This document shows, one piece after another, positions 1-11,562 of a DNA stretch of 64,000 bases (the stretch's first letter is position 1; each line of letters begins with the position of its first letter). The notes under the pieces were generated by a model. The model was given only the letters and a program-made list of their open reading frames with translations. It was not told where the DNA came from and made no database searches. Source of the stretch: Podarcis vaucheri (lineage: Eukaryota). The translations under genes and the position numbers were made by a program. The DNA lies in the NCBI GenBank assembly GCA_965113315.1, contig OZ220369.1. The stretch is one strand, 5' to 3'.

Positions 1-143
1 TTAAACCTCTCAATCCACCCCTGCACAGTGTTTGCTTTAACATGCTTTTCTTTTTGTAGCCACCACCACTACTGGTCCAGGAAAATGTGCTTGGTGCCCT
101 GGATCAGGCCCCAGACCCCAGGTGAGCCACCCTGGTCTATAGT

Positions 144-659
144 TGTGATGGCCTGGGATTTGGACTCGGAGGCTGAACCTGAGGAATCTCAGCCTGCACA
201 GGAGTCCCTGCCTCCAGAACCAGCTGAGCTGGGGCTGGGGCTTGAGCCTGAAGGGTCCTCACCTGTGCTGGATCCTCAGGTGCAGGCACCAGCTGAGTCT
301 GCTCTGGCTCCTGAGGTGATGGAGGACCCTGCAGAGGCTCAGGGCAGAAAGGCGGAGGAAACTAAGTTCCCACAGGAGGAGTGCTCGCCTCCAGGCCAGG
401 CCAGGCGAGTCACCTGTGGGCAGGAGCCGCCTATGCCTTGGGGCAGATAAAAGCCAGCCAGCCCCAGTCCCAGGTTGGGGGAGCAACATTGTTGGTAGCC
501 TGTTCCTGCCTGCACCCTGTCCTGCTCTTCTGCCAGAGTTCCTGATCTCACCTGACTCCCTGCCTTGGACCCCGCTTCAGCTTTGATGGACAGCCTCTAT
601 ACTGTACCCTCGGACTGGACTCGGACCTCGCCACACGGTTGACCCTCAGGACCAGCACA
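144..659 (+). mobile_element. Solo LTR, probably Gypsy/Ty3-like
   Basis: TG...CA termini (tgtgatggcc...ggaccagcaca, imperfect inverted ends), perfect 5-bp TSD ATAGT at 139-143 and 660-664, TATA-like GATAAAA near 447; no internal gag/pol. Confidence 0.75.
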
Positions 660-819
660 ATAGTCTAGAAAGGAGTCGTGGAATGCATTAATAAAGTGGC
701 TGCCTCTTAAGGAAGGTTTTGTGGGCATTTTAAGTGCCCCTGAACTTAATTCTTCACCCAGGTGCTTGGGAGACCACCCTTTGCTTGTATTTCAGCTCTT
801 CTGCCTCCAACATATTATT

Positions 820-985
820 TAATATATTTATATCTCAACTTTCCTTCAAGGAGCTCAAGGTGGCATACACACACCTGTGAGGCAGGTTAGGCTGAGAGAC
901 TGAGACTGGCTCAAGATCATCCAATGAGCTTCATGGCTGAGTGGGTATTTGAACCCTGATCTCCCAGGTCTAGTCCCACACTATG
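820..985 (-). mobile_element. Squamate tRNA-derived SINE (Squam-type), partial
   Basis: Reverse complement has B-box-like gggttcaaataccc followed by actcagccatgaagctcattgg...ctcagcctaacct; same family as 24050-24270, 40060-40280 and 58815-58975. Confidence 0.7.
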
Positions 986-1009
986 CAGCCACAGCAGTTG
1001 CTAGTGCAA

Positions 1010-1437
1010 CCATGGCTTGGAGAAAGTGGATAGAGAAAACATCTCTTTCCCTCTTTCATGACACTAGAGACAACCAGCAAAGCTGAATGTTGGAAAATGT
1101 AGACAAAACTGTAATGCTTCATGCAGCACATGGGTAAACTATGGAACTCGCTCCCTCAGGAGGCAGTGATGGCCACAGACTTGGATGGCTTTAAAGGCGG
1201 ATTGGACAAATTCATGGAGGATGAGGCTATCAGTGGCTACTAGCCACAGTGGCTATTCTCTGCCTCCACTGTCAGAAGAAGTAATGCTTCTGAATATCAG
1301 TCGCTGGAAACTGCAGGAGGGGAGAGTGCGCTTGGATTTCCATAGGCATCTGGGTGGCCGCTGTAAGAACAGGATGTTCAACTAGATGAGCTATTGGGCT
1401 GATCCAGCAGGCTCTTCTTATGTTATTTTCTTATGTT
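1010..1437 (+). mobile_element. CR1 LINE 3' fragment
   Basis: Decayed ORF2 C-terminus (aaactatggaactcgctccctcaggaggcagtg = KLWNSLPQEAV; GLDKFMED), 3'UTR and (ttcttatg)-like tail. Confidence 0.75.
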
Positions 1438-3449
1438 TTTATGTACTGTTCTCCAAGTGGGCCACAGCAAGTAAGCTTAAGTGCAGTTCAGAGGGTGCGA
1501 AGTCTTCTCACCAGGACAGATATTTCACAGTTGGCTCCCTCATCACTCAACCATAGGAGCCTGGTGGCAAAAAGAGGGAATTACTGGAAGTGCCATGATG
1601 GTGATCCTTCCTCGCCACCCTCCCAGATGTTCCATCTGCTAATGCTGGTGTTACTGCCATTGTGATTAAAAAATACAAAAGAGACCTCATAGAGGACCAC
1701 CAAAGAGACCCCATGAGATGCAGCTCAAGATGATGAGTGACAGCACCCAGTAAACCAACCAGAGGAGAAAGAACAGCAGCCTCCCTGCAGCTCATCAGGG
1801 GTCTGTTTCGTGAACTGAGTTGCACAGTCTCCATCCATTCTAAAGGAAGGTAGGAAGGAGAGAACGGTTCTGTAACTTGATCAAATAACCTGAAGGGGTC
1901 CCAGACCAAAGGTGGAGAACCTCAGGTCCAGGTTCCAAATGTGGCCCTCCAATCCTCTGTATCTGGTCCTTGAAACTCTCTTAAGCTATGCTCACCCTTC
2001 TTTGCACCCTGGCTGGACTGTGCCCTTGAGCTCTGCTGTTGCCCCTTGCTTGTCTGGATGGAGAATAGAGACAGATGGTGCATAGAAACTAGCCCACTGT
2101 ACAAAGGTACAATTTAAATATGTTGCTCCACCCCCCCCTTTGCCTCTGAACCCACCCCCCACAGGCATGTTGCCTAGAAGGGAATGTGTCCCCTAGGCTA
2201 AAAATGTGCCCTCCATTTAGACCAATGAAGAGGCATCTCTGTGGCACAATTCAACTCATTTATTGAGATCTTTCTGGGTGGGATTTTTCCCCAGAAAGAA
2301 AAAAAGTTTGGTGGACTGGAATTTGGGGATATTGTTTATCAGTGGAAGCTGGTCTATTGGGGCAAATGGGGCACTGTCCCAGTAACTGCCTCACCTCATG
2401 CAGCCTCCACCTGCCTGTTTTCTTACTTACAAACAAATTCAAGGGATGGCACTACCTATCAGCCTCCTCCTCTGTTGAACTCCCTGCTCCAGTGGGCATC
2501 AGACACCAAAGTGGCTTGCTACAGTGCAGATGACAAAGTCCTACAAGCCCAACACTTATCAGATGCATGAAGTGTAATCCAAAACTTGCAGGGTATATAT
2601 GGTCACATGTTTCACCCCATTCTGACTGCAAAACTGAACTTGCAAAAAACAATATGCTATTATTCCATATGCTTGGCTTGGTTTCCCTGCTGGCAAGTTC
2701 TGATCTATCAAGCAGCCTTCTGGAAACAGTTGAAGCTTTCTCTCCCCCAACCCTCCAGCCCTGCCTCAGTCTAAGAATCTTGCTTAATAGCTAGATTTGT
2801 TTACTATGAATCACAGGGTACCTTTCCTTACTATTATGTGTATTATGGAGAATGTTTTATAAATGCCCTAATAATTATGGGTGTGGTTTTTTGTCCTGCG
2901 GTTAATGAACTCCTTGGAAATGTGCTCCAGCCTCCACCAAGCTGTCAAAAACCCTCACAGCTTTTGGAGTAAAGAACAGGCGTGGCACTCAGTAAAGCCC
3001 AGGCATGAGAAAAAAGCATCACTCATTTTCAAATGGATGCTACTTTTTCTAATTCAGACTTGCTTGGAGGCTTTGAAAATCCTGTAGCAATCTTAAGGAC
3101 GGCATCCATCATTCCTTCCTAGAGGAACTCGGTTGAGTGCCAATTAGTCTGGAAGTGCAACAGTCTTCCACCTCCCCCCAAAATAAGGGCGTGGGTCTTA
3201 CATACTTGGGGAATCTCCTAGGTATGCAGAAGAATAGCAGATTTTAAATTAAAAGAAATATCCTCCCTGCGAAGTGTCCTGATGCCACGAGAATTTACTA
3301 TCTAACACCTGGCAATATAGGTGGATGCAGTTCATAAATTATGCAACAGCGGACTAAATTATTTAAATACAATTAATCACAAATACACCCTTTTTGAACC
3401 CCTTCAGTGATTGATACAGGATTAGATGACATGCCCTGAGATATTCAAG

Positions 3450-3687
3450 CACTGGTGGAGGAACAGGGGGGGGGGAGCGCACTGCCCCTGGAGGCATGAT
3501 CCGGGTGGGGTACCATTGTAGCTACCCCCCCCCGCGCTGGGTGCCATGCCCCGCAGGTGGCACGCCACACCCCCAGGACGTGCACCATGCCCCTGCGGGC
3601 AGCACGTCATGCCCCCGGGACGTATGCCAGCCATGCCCCCGCCTCCTCTCTGCCCCCCCCCCGCCGGAGCTTGAAGTTCCGCCACTG
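3450..3687. mobile_element. GC/CpG-rich non-autonomous hAT-type element (MITE)
   Basis: Perfect 8-bp TSD TATTCAAG at 3442-3449 and 3688-3695; imperfect TIRs cactggtggagg / ttccgccactg. Confidence 0.75.
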
Positions 3688-4013
3688 TATTCAAGGTGTA
3701 ATTTTTGAAGCACACTGATAAGAAATGAAACACTTTATGCCAAAGTCTTCCCTTACAGATAGTCAAATGCAGATTTAAGATATATTAAAGCTGCAAAATG
3801 TATTCCTCTAGATGGTCTGGAAAATTTCTCCACCTTGTGTGCTAAACTGCCATTGATAGCCCTTTCCTCCATGATAGCCTTTTTGTCATGAATTTGTCTA
3901 ATCCTCTTTTAAAGCCATCCAAGCCTCTTGTGGGAGAGAGTTCCATAGCTTAACTACGTGCTGCATTCAAAAGTCATTTCTTTTATCTGTATAGAATCCT
4001 CCACAATCCAGCT

Positions 4014-4167
4014 CATAGGAGCCAAGTCCTAAGGGCCAAGATCCCTTCTCCCCCATAAAATATTTGAAGGGTCTCCCCCCCTCAAGTTGATGGGCATTGC
4101 TATTCAAATGGGGGTGTGTATGTGTGTGCTGCGTCTTGTGATTATTTTATTTAAGTTGGCACCCCTG
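4014..4167. mobile_element. hAT-type MITE
   Basis: TIR-like ends cataggagccaagt / aagttggcacccctg; 8-bp TSD atccagct (4006-4013) / gtccagct (4168-4175), 7/8 match. Confidence 0.6.
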
Positions 4168-4181
4168 GTCCAGCTTCATTA

Positions 4182-4534
4182 AAAGGTAAAGGGACCCCTG
4201 ACCATTAGGTCCAGTCGTGACCGACTCTGGGGTTATGGGGCTCATCTCGCTTTATTGGCCGAGGGAAGCCGACGTACAACTTCCGGGTCATGTGGCCAGC
4301 ATGACTAAGTCGCTTCTGGCGAACCAAAGCAGCGCATGGAAACACCGTTTACCTTCCCGCCGGAGCGGTACCTATTTATCTACTTGCACTTTGATGTGCT
4401 TTCGAACTGCTAGGAGGGCAGGAGCTGGGACCGAGCAACGGGAGCTCACCCCGTCGTGGGGATTTGAACCACCGACCTTCTGATCGGCAAGTCCTAGGTT
4501 CTGTGGTTTAACCCACAGCGCCACCCACGTCCCT
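4182..4534 (-). mobile_element. Sauria SINE, full length
   Basis: (ACCTTT)-type tail (aaaggtaaagg on +), gggtcatgtggccagcatgact core, tRNA-like head; perfect 16-bp TSD TGGTCCAGCTTCATTA at 4166-4181 and 4535-4550. Confidence 0.9.
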
Positions 4535-4905
4535 TGGTCCAGCTTCATTAGATGTTGACAAATTCTTATTTTATGAAAGAGAAAAGACTGTTCACTATCC
4601 ACTTTTTCCACACCCTGCATAATTTTATAAACTTTTGTCAAGCTGCCTCTCACTGGCCTTTTCTCCCCAAGTGAAAAAGTCCTAAACGCTGCAACTTCTC
4701 CTCATAAGGGAATTGCTTCATCACAACGATCATTCTGGTTTCCCTCATCTGAACCTTTTACAACTCTGCAATATGCTTTTTTAAGTAAGGCAACCAGAAT
4801 GGTACAATGCATTCCAAATGTGGTTGCACCATAGATTTGTGTAGCAGCATGATATCAATAGTTCCTGCCCCCCCTCCAATTCCTTTCTTAATGTTCCCTA
4901 GCATA

Positions 4906-5271
4906 AAGGGAAATGGAAAGGTACCCCTGACCATTAGGTCCAGTTGCGGACGACTCTGGGGTTGCTGCGCTCATCTCGCTCTATATGCCAAGGGAGCCGG
5001 CGTTTGTCCGCAGACAACTTCTGGGTCATGTGGCCAGCATGACTAAGCCGCTTCTGACGAACCAGAGCAGCGCACGGAAGCGCCGTTTACCTTCCTTCCG
5101 CAGCGGTACCTATTTATCTACTTGTACTTTGACGTGCTTTCAAACTGCTAGGTTGACAGGAGCAGGGACCGAGCAACGGGAGCTCACCCCATCGCAGGGA
5201 TTCAAACCACCGACCTTCCGATCGGGAAGTCCTAGGCTCAGTGGTTTAGACCACAGCACCACCCGCATCCC
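4906..5271 (-). mobile_element. Sauria SINE, full length (second copy)
   Basis: Collinear with 4182-4534; short TSD around agcata (4900-4905 / 5273-5278). Confidence 0.88.
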
Positions 5272-5296
5272 GAGCATAGAACTTGCCTTTTTTACT

Positions 5297-5520
5297 TAAT
5301 GGATGTATTGCATTGACATGTAATCTCACAATTTCCCCCCAAGGAGCTCAAGAAGGTGGCGTACATGGTTCTCCCTCATTTAATCTCCATAGCATCCCAA
5401 TGTGATACATTAGGTTGAGAGGCAGTAACTGGCAGAAGGACATCCTCTGAGCTTCAAGTCTGAGTGGGAATTTGAACCCTGGTTTCCCAGTTCTTAGTCC
5501 AGTGCATAGTTCAGTACTAA
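5297..5520 (-). mobile_element. Squamate tRNA-derived SINE (Squam-type)
   Basis: Reverse complement has the gggttcaaattccc B-box; shares the aaggagctcaag...ggttgagaggcagt body with other copies. Confidence 0.65.
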
Positions 5521-6259
5521 GGCAGTGCTGCCACACGCTGGATCACCATCTTAATCAATGTATCCATTACAACCCCAAGGTATCATTCCTGGTCAGGCCC
5601 ATGAGCGAACAGTATATGTGAAATTGAGATTATTATGATTTTTTTTGCCCCAAATGTGCATCAGTTTATGCAATTTATTTATTTTTTTACATTGGATTGC
5701 ATTTGCTATTTTTCTGTCCGTTCAGCCAGCTTGGAGAGGTGCTTTTGGAGCTCTTCGCAACCCCTTTTTGTCTTAACCATCCTGGTTTAACCACCATCAG
5801 CAAACTTGGCCATCTCGTCAGTCCACCGCGAACTCTAGATTGCTATACCTTAATCTAGACCTCCTAACGCCAATAGTTAGGCCCCATTAGGAAGTACGAC
5901 TGAGGGCCTATAGGATACATCCAGGAACACTTTTAGATTGAAAGTTACTTCAAAAGTTTCCTTTGAAGGGGTGTTGGGTACAGGAAAGGATAAAAAAAAA
6001 CGTAAAAGAATTCCGAACACCTTCAACCATCCCGCCTACTTCTTTTACACAAGAAAAAAACACACGAGGCGATGTAAATGATTGGCTTCAGAACCTGCCA
6101 CTCCAAGCACCAAGGTCTCGGATTGACGTCTGGGGATGGCAGTCCCTGGGAACGCGATCTCCTATTGGTCATGGTAGCTGCCAATCCGATGAAAGGGGCC
6201 GCTTCAACTCTGAGGTAGCCCGAAGCCTGATTGGTTGGGTCGGGTTTCGCAATCGCCTC

Positions 6260-6393
6260 TCTCCCTCTCTTGCCCCCCCCTCCCCGCGTTTGGAAAGAAT
6301 CGAGAGAGAGAAAGAGAAAAAGCGAGTCGGGCCTGGCCGGGCTCGCGCCTCCCCCCCTCCCCGCGCAGCCCCCCGGATCGATACCTGGGCCAG
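6260..6393 (+). other. CEBPG: CEBPG non-coding exon 1 (start approximate)
   Basis: Donor CAG|GTACGG at 6393/6394 downstream of the CCAAT cluster; fits the known two-exon CEBPG structure. TSS cannot be fixed from sequence. Confidence 0.6.
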
Positions 6394-7038
6394 GTACGGC
6401 ACGAGACTGGGCGGGGCCGGGGAGAACGTCTTCCTTCCCTATGGGGCAGGAGGAAAAGGGGGCATGGGGGGCAGGCATGGCGGGAAGAAGGAGACGCGAG
6501 AGGGCCCCCCTCCCCTCAGGAAGGCTTCTATCACCCTCCCCCCCCCACTTGTTGTGGGGATTTATAAACGGGACGGAAAAGGGGTTGGGGAGGCGCCTAT
6601 GGGGCAGATTGGGGGCGGTGCCAAACGCGGCTAGAGGGGTGAGAGCTCCCCCTCCCAAGGAATGTGTTTGTTTGTTTATATGTGTATATTTACTTCACCA
6701 ATATAGGGCCGACCGCAGAGCAGGGAGTTGTCACGGTGGCTCGCGAAGGCCCAGAAACGTGTGAGGTGGTGTGTGTGGGGTGGTGGTGGTGGTGGTAATA
6801 GTGATGTGGGGTAAAGAGGAGGGGGGTTCGTGGTGTGGAGGGGGGAGAGTTTCCCATGTTTTTCTGTATGGGGCAGGAGGGAGTGAGGAGCGGGGCTGGA
6901 GGGTTAGGGGGGACTCTAAGGTAGGAGCATCTGTGCCCCATAGCCGGGGCGAGAGGCGCGTGGCTTCCCCACGGAGGGGGACCCGCCGGCCGTGCCGAGG
7001 AGCGCGTGCCTGGAGCGCGTCTCTCTCTCTCTGAAGTA

Positions 7039-7047
7039 TGATGCAAC
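7039..7047 (+). promoter_or_regulatory. Candidate C/EBP-ATF response element (CARE) TGATGCAAC in CEBPG intron 1
   Basis: Exact match to the TGATGxAAx consensus inside the CpG island; TGAGGTCA at 7081-7088 nearby. Confidence 0.5.
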
Positions 7048-10000
7048 CTTCGAGCAACTCTGCCTTCGTCCCTGCTGAGATGAGGTCATGTCTTGGCACA
7101 TGGGAAATCCCCCAGGGGAGGGAGGGAGCGGGAGAGAGAGCGAGAGAGTGCCTGAGTCCACCCTTCTTAGCCTGCCTAAAGGGTCTTTCTTAGGCTGCAC
7201 CTTCTTTCCAGGCTCTGAGCTGCAAAGCTGCAGGCTTCCCTTAATAACCTGTTCTGTTTTTTTAGAGAAGCTCCCAGGACATTTGATTCCGAATGCAGCT
7301 GGTTTGGGCCGCTCCTTCCTTGCCCCTACTTGTGTTGAGGCGAGCCTTCTCCTTTTTTTTTAAACCCACAAGAAACAAATCCAGCTCAGGGCGAACTTAA
7401 CAGAAGAGCGATCACAAGTGTTTCCCACAATTCTCTCTTCTCCACGTTTCAGTTTCCGTACACATCGGCACAAGTCTGGGCTTTGCTGTCCGTAGGTCAG
7501 CCTATGTACCTCCTCTGTGCGCTCAGGACTTTCAGGAAATGGTAATTGTCATGTTGATAAAGAGTTGTTCAACATGTAAGGACACTGAGCATTGAGGCTA
7601 GGGCTCCTATCTGTGGTTAGATGAAGGCCAAAGTGAAAACTGTTGCCCAAGTTAGGGGAAACGTAAAAAAATTAATTAAATTTTGGCATGTATTCTAGGA
7701 CTATTAAAACATTCTTGGTTTCAAAACTAGCTGCTTTTTCTGCCAGGGAGTCTGCAGCCAGTGATCTTTGAAATAACTTGCATTGCTAAAATCCTATGCC
7801 CAACCTAATGCATTGCTAAAATACTGTCCCCAACCTGATATCCTCCAGACATTTTGGATTACGATTTCATTAGCTCCAGCCAGCATGGCAGTGCTAGCTG
7901 GGGATGATGGAAGTTGTAATCCAGGACATCTGGAGAGCACCAGCCTGGGGAAGTCTGCTCTATAAAATAAAATCCATGTTGTGCATACAAGTCCTATAGA
8001 TTCTGAGGGAAGTTGTGACTTTTCCCTGTATGTGTCTCAGGTCTTACACTTTTGGAAACCTCTGTGAAATCCTGCAATGTACTTTTAAATGTACTAAGAT
8101 CTGCCACTCAGGATACATGGTATGGCTTCCCTCTTTCGTTAGTATTGGTGCTGTTTAAGGGCTTAGAGAGCAATATTCAGTTCTCACAAAAAAAAAATGG
8201 AGAGCCCTGTTCCAGTGAGGCAGCCATGGTATTAGCCAGCTAGGGTTGGTGGGATGGAGCTTTTAGCAACAGGTATAGATGCTAAAGGAGCAAGAGAGGC
8301 ACCTTTACCTGACTCCCATATCCTTTCTGCCATGTATCCTAATCAATATTATTATTTCTCAATATTCTCCTGCCAACTAGAGTGAAGTAGCTGTGTATGA
8401 CAGGGTGTGATACCCCAGGGAAACAGGTCTGGCTGGCCCCATTATATATGTCCTGCTATCTTGGGGAAAACATGTTTTTTGTGGGGAGGCTGACTTGAGA
8501 TAATCTGCTGCTGTGGATATTTCTCTTTTTTGCATTTTATTATGTTTTGATTGTTTCAAAAAATGTATACCCCTCTTTTCTGTTACTAGACTTCAATAAG
8601 AATAAAACAAAAGGTGGCAGTAGGCATGGGATGCTCTGTGGCAAACCTGAGGCTCAGGACTTCTACTGCACTTGTGTCATTTGCTGGGAATTAGCTCACT
8701 TCCTATCTTCAGCATGCACAGTTTATCTCAAGTGCCATATGCTGTTCTTCATCACCCTCACAACATCATCACTGTAGATAACTGCGGCAACTATAGCTAT
8801 TGAGAGATAGGGTGGATGGCTGGAGTCCTGATTAAGAGCCAGGAGACTGAGAGGTGTTGAGTGGAGAGATGTGTAAGAAGGAAAAGGAATGGCTTTCTGT
8901 ATATATTTATTTGTATTGATGGTTTTATTGTGTATTTCTGTAACATTTGTTGTGTTATTGGTGGACTTCTTGGGCCACAGTCATTTGAAAGGTGCCCATC
9001 AAACTAGTATCCAGAGCATATTCTCCTCCGTGGAAACTACCTGGATCACATGCAAACCTTACGTCCAGTGCATAGCCTACACTCTACAGACTTGGTAAAA
9101 GAAATAGATACGTCTGCATTATCTGATGCTTCAGTACACTATTAAGACTACCGTGCTGAGTGGCAAAAGCAGGCTTACTATAACTGCTTGCATACCTTTT
9201 CTTTTAAATTGGTGTAAATGTTTATCTTAAATCTGTTCTTATGATACTGATGTAGGACCAGTTATGCTAGTATGTTTTTCTTGCAGACAATATCAGAAAA
9301 TTGCTTTATCCTCTTGTGTGGCCATCCCAGGGGGTTTTCTCATTAGAAGATGGTTTAAGACACTCAGCATTTCTGCTTTATTCAGTTTTTCTGATTCTGT
9401 CTCTCCCCGCCTCCCTTCTTCCCATCTTTAACTTCAGTATTTTCTTTAATTTTTCAAACAAAAAACTTTAGCAGCTTGGTCTGAAAAGTATGCTAAAATA
9501 AACTGTAAACGACACACCGTTGAAGTATAAGTTGGATTTTTAAAAATAATGTTGCTGTAATAAGGAAATGAACTTGAAATCTGCCTTGTCTACTTCCTTG
9601 TAACAAATGGTTGTGCCTGCTTATACCTTTCTAAGAGGCTAATTTGAGCAAGAGGAAGCAAGTGTTGCAATTGTGAGTTAACAAGGTAGCTGGAAATCTG
9701 CCTCTGTGTATTTGGATCATGCTCTTGAAGAGCTTTTTCCAGAGTGTAAGGTCCAGAACTTCTCACAGCAGCATTCATTTTACAAGAAAGAAAGGGTATC
9801 TCTTTTTATGTGTCTTCCTCATTACTCTGTTCAGCCTTCGGTTTCCATGGGGACAGTGCTGTGGGGAAAACTTCCAACATAATATGACCACACCTTTTGG
9901 GTGCATCCTACTCTTTTCTTTACAATTGCAGCAAGGCAAATGCGGCTCAGTGTTCTATTCTGAAAATACCTTTTCTGGCTTTGGGTATCGGGTGATGGCA

Positions 10001-11049
10001 GTATTGCCTCTTGCTGATGTACTTAAACATCTTGGCTCTGTCATTAAACTTTATACCCAAGAGGTTTCTTCACTTAAACTGAAGGAAAGAGGCTCTGCTG
10101 TTTGTCCATCCTGACAAATTATTTTGGGAGTTGGTCACTCCTTGCTTGTGTTTTTTAGGTTGTTGCCTTACAGTGCAGTTCTATGCATGTCTACTCAGTA
10201 GTAGAGCCTTTGAACTCCTAGGTAGGTGTGCGTAGGATTTCAGCCTCGGTGTTGGTATGTTAAGCCTTCAAAGGGTTATATGCTTTTGGCATTGACATTC
10301 CTATGTTTAATTTGCTTTGGCTAGATTCCTCTGTAGCCAAATTTCTCTAGGTTTCCAATATTTTATCCCTATATTACAGATTAATTATAGCATCCCTGTG
10401 TACTGAATAAAAATATCAAATGTATAACAGAATAATGGGAAAATGTTTGCATGCCAGTTGAAAACTTACAATTTCCTGCAGGCCTTTTTGAGATTTAATT
10501 ACCTGGACAAGTTTTGGATATTTGTGCTGTAGCTGACTGGCTGTTTTTATCTCTTTTGACTTGCTGTAGATTTTGCTTTTACATTTTATGAATGTATCCT
10601 GCTCTGGCATCACATGGGTGGTTTTTTTTTAATACAAAAAAAGGAGGTTAATTTTATCTCCCAAGGTCTAGGGCCCCTGCTCAAAGCAGTGTATCTGAAA
10701 AGAAGAAAACACTTTCTAGGCTTCTGGAAGGGCTATGATTGAAGGGCTGGGCATGCGCTACATTGAGAGATTCTAGACTGGAGCCAGTGGAAGTTGTGGG
10801 CCTTTTGCAATGGCAACCTCTCTGTGTGACACCTTCCCAAAAAAAGATTTGGCCGGCTACCTCACTCATTGCATTTAGAAAGCGGGTCAGGTCCTTTCTT
10901 TTTATTTCCTTTTTTAAGGACAGCTTTTATGAATTAAGTGTGTTATTGAAGCTGATTGTTTTATTTACTATGTGTTTTATAGAGCCATGTTTGGCTAAGA
11001 GGCAAAGAGTGAATGTAATAAGGGCGTTTGGCAGCCCAGGATGCAAATA

Positions 11050-11302
11050 CCGTATATTTTGCTCTATAAGATGCACCAGACCACAAGACGCACCTAGTTT
11101 TTGGAGGAGGAAAACAAGAAAAAAAATATTCTGAATCTCAGAAGCCAGAACAGCAAGATGGATCGCTGCACAGCGAAACCAGCAATCCCTCTTGCTGTTC
11201 TGGCTTCTGTGATAGTTGAGCAGCCTGCATTCGCTCCATAAGACGCATTTCCCCTTACTTTTTAGGAGGGAAAAAGTGAGTCTTATAGAGCAAAAAATAC
11301 GG
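11050..11302. mobile_element. Tc1/mariner (Tigger/pogo-like) MITE
   Basis: TIRs ccgtatattttgctctataaga / tcttatagagcaaaaaatacgg; TA TSD at 11048-11049 and 11303-11304. Confidence 0.85.
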
Positions 11303-11364
11303 TAATTCATTCTATGTATTAGAGAGAAATAATTAGAAATTGCAATATTTGGATGAGATACTGA

Positions 11365-11562
11365 ATATTGGGAAGGATTTTCTGACAGTAAGAGCTGCTT
11401 GACAGTGGAAAAGATTCCCTTGGATGGTAGTGGACTCTCTTTCCTTGGAGGTTTTTAAGCATTGTTGGATGGCCATATGTCATGTTAAGTTGTGATTCTT
11501 GCATTGCAGGGGGGTTGGACTAGATGATTCTTGGGGTCCCTTGCAATTCTACAATTCCATGA
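11365..11562 (+). mobile_element. CR1 LINE 3' end fragment
   Basis: ggtagtggactctctttccttggaggtttttaagc...gggggttggactagatga...ttctacaattccatga, typical CR1 3'UTR and tail. Confidence 0.7.

Larger units (their letters stand above)
3850..5845 (-). mobile_element. CR1 LINE fragment interrupted by four younger insertions
   Basis: CR1 ORF2 C-terminal and 3' sequence on - (KVYKIMQGVEKVD in ORF 4372..4653; catcagcaaacttggc = reverse complement of AKFADG, a decayed FADD RT motif, near 5795-5811) resumes after each insertion. Confidence 0.7.
5990..7330 (+). promoter_or_regulatory. CEBPG: CpG island and CCAAT-box promoter of CEBPG
   Basis: The only long CpG-dense non-TE stretch in the window. CCAAT boxes: ATTGG 6081-6085, 6164-6168, 6230-6234 and CCAAT 6181-6185. 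CRE-like TGACGTCT 6124-6131; C/EBP-like GTTTCGCAAT 6244-6253; no TATA box. Confidence 0.85.

Noticed and set aside
28-450. 140-aa Pro/Glu-rich ORF
   Set aside because: Lies mostly within the solo LTR, starts at GTG, is low complexity and has no recognisable domain.
5963-7200. Several overlapping 100-220 aa ORFs on both strands
   Set aside because: Expected stop-codon scarcity in a GC-rich CpG island; Gly/Pro/Arg low complexity; no recognisable homology.
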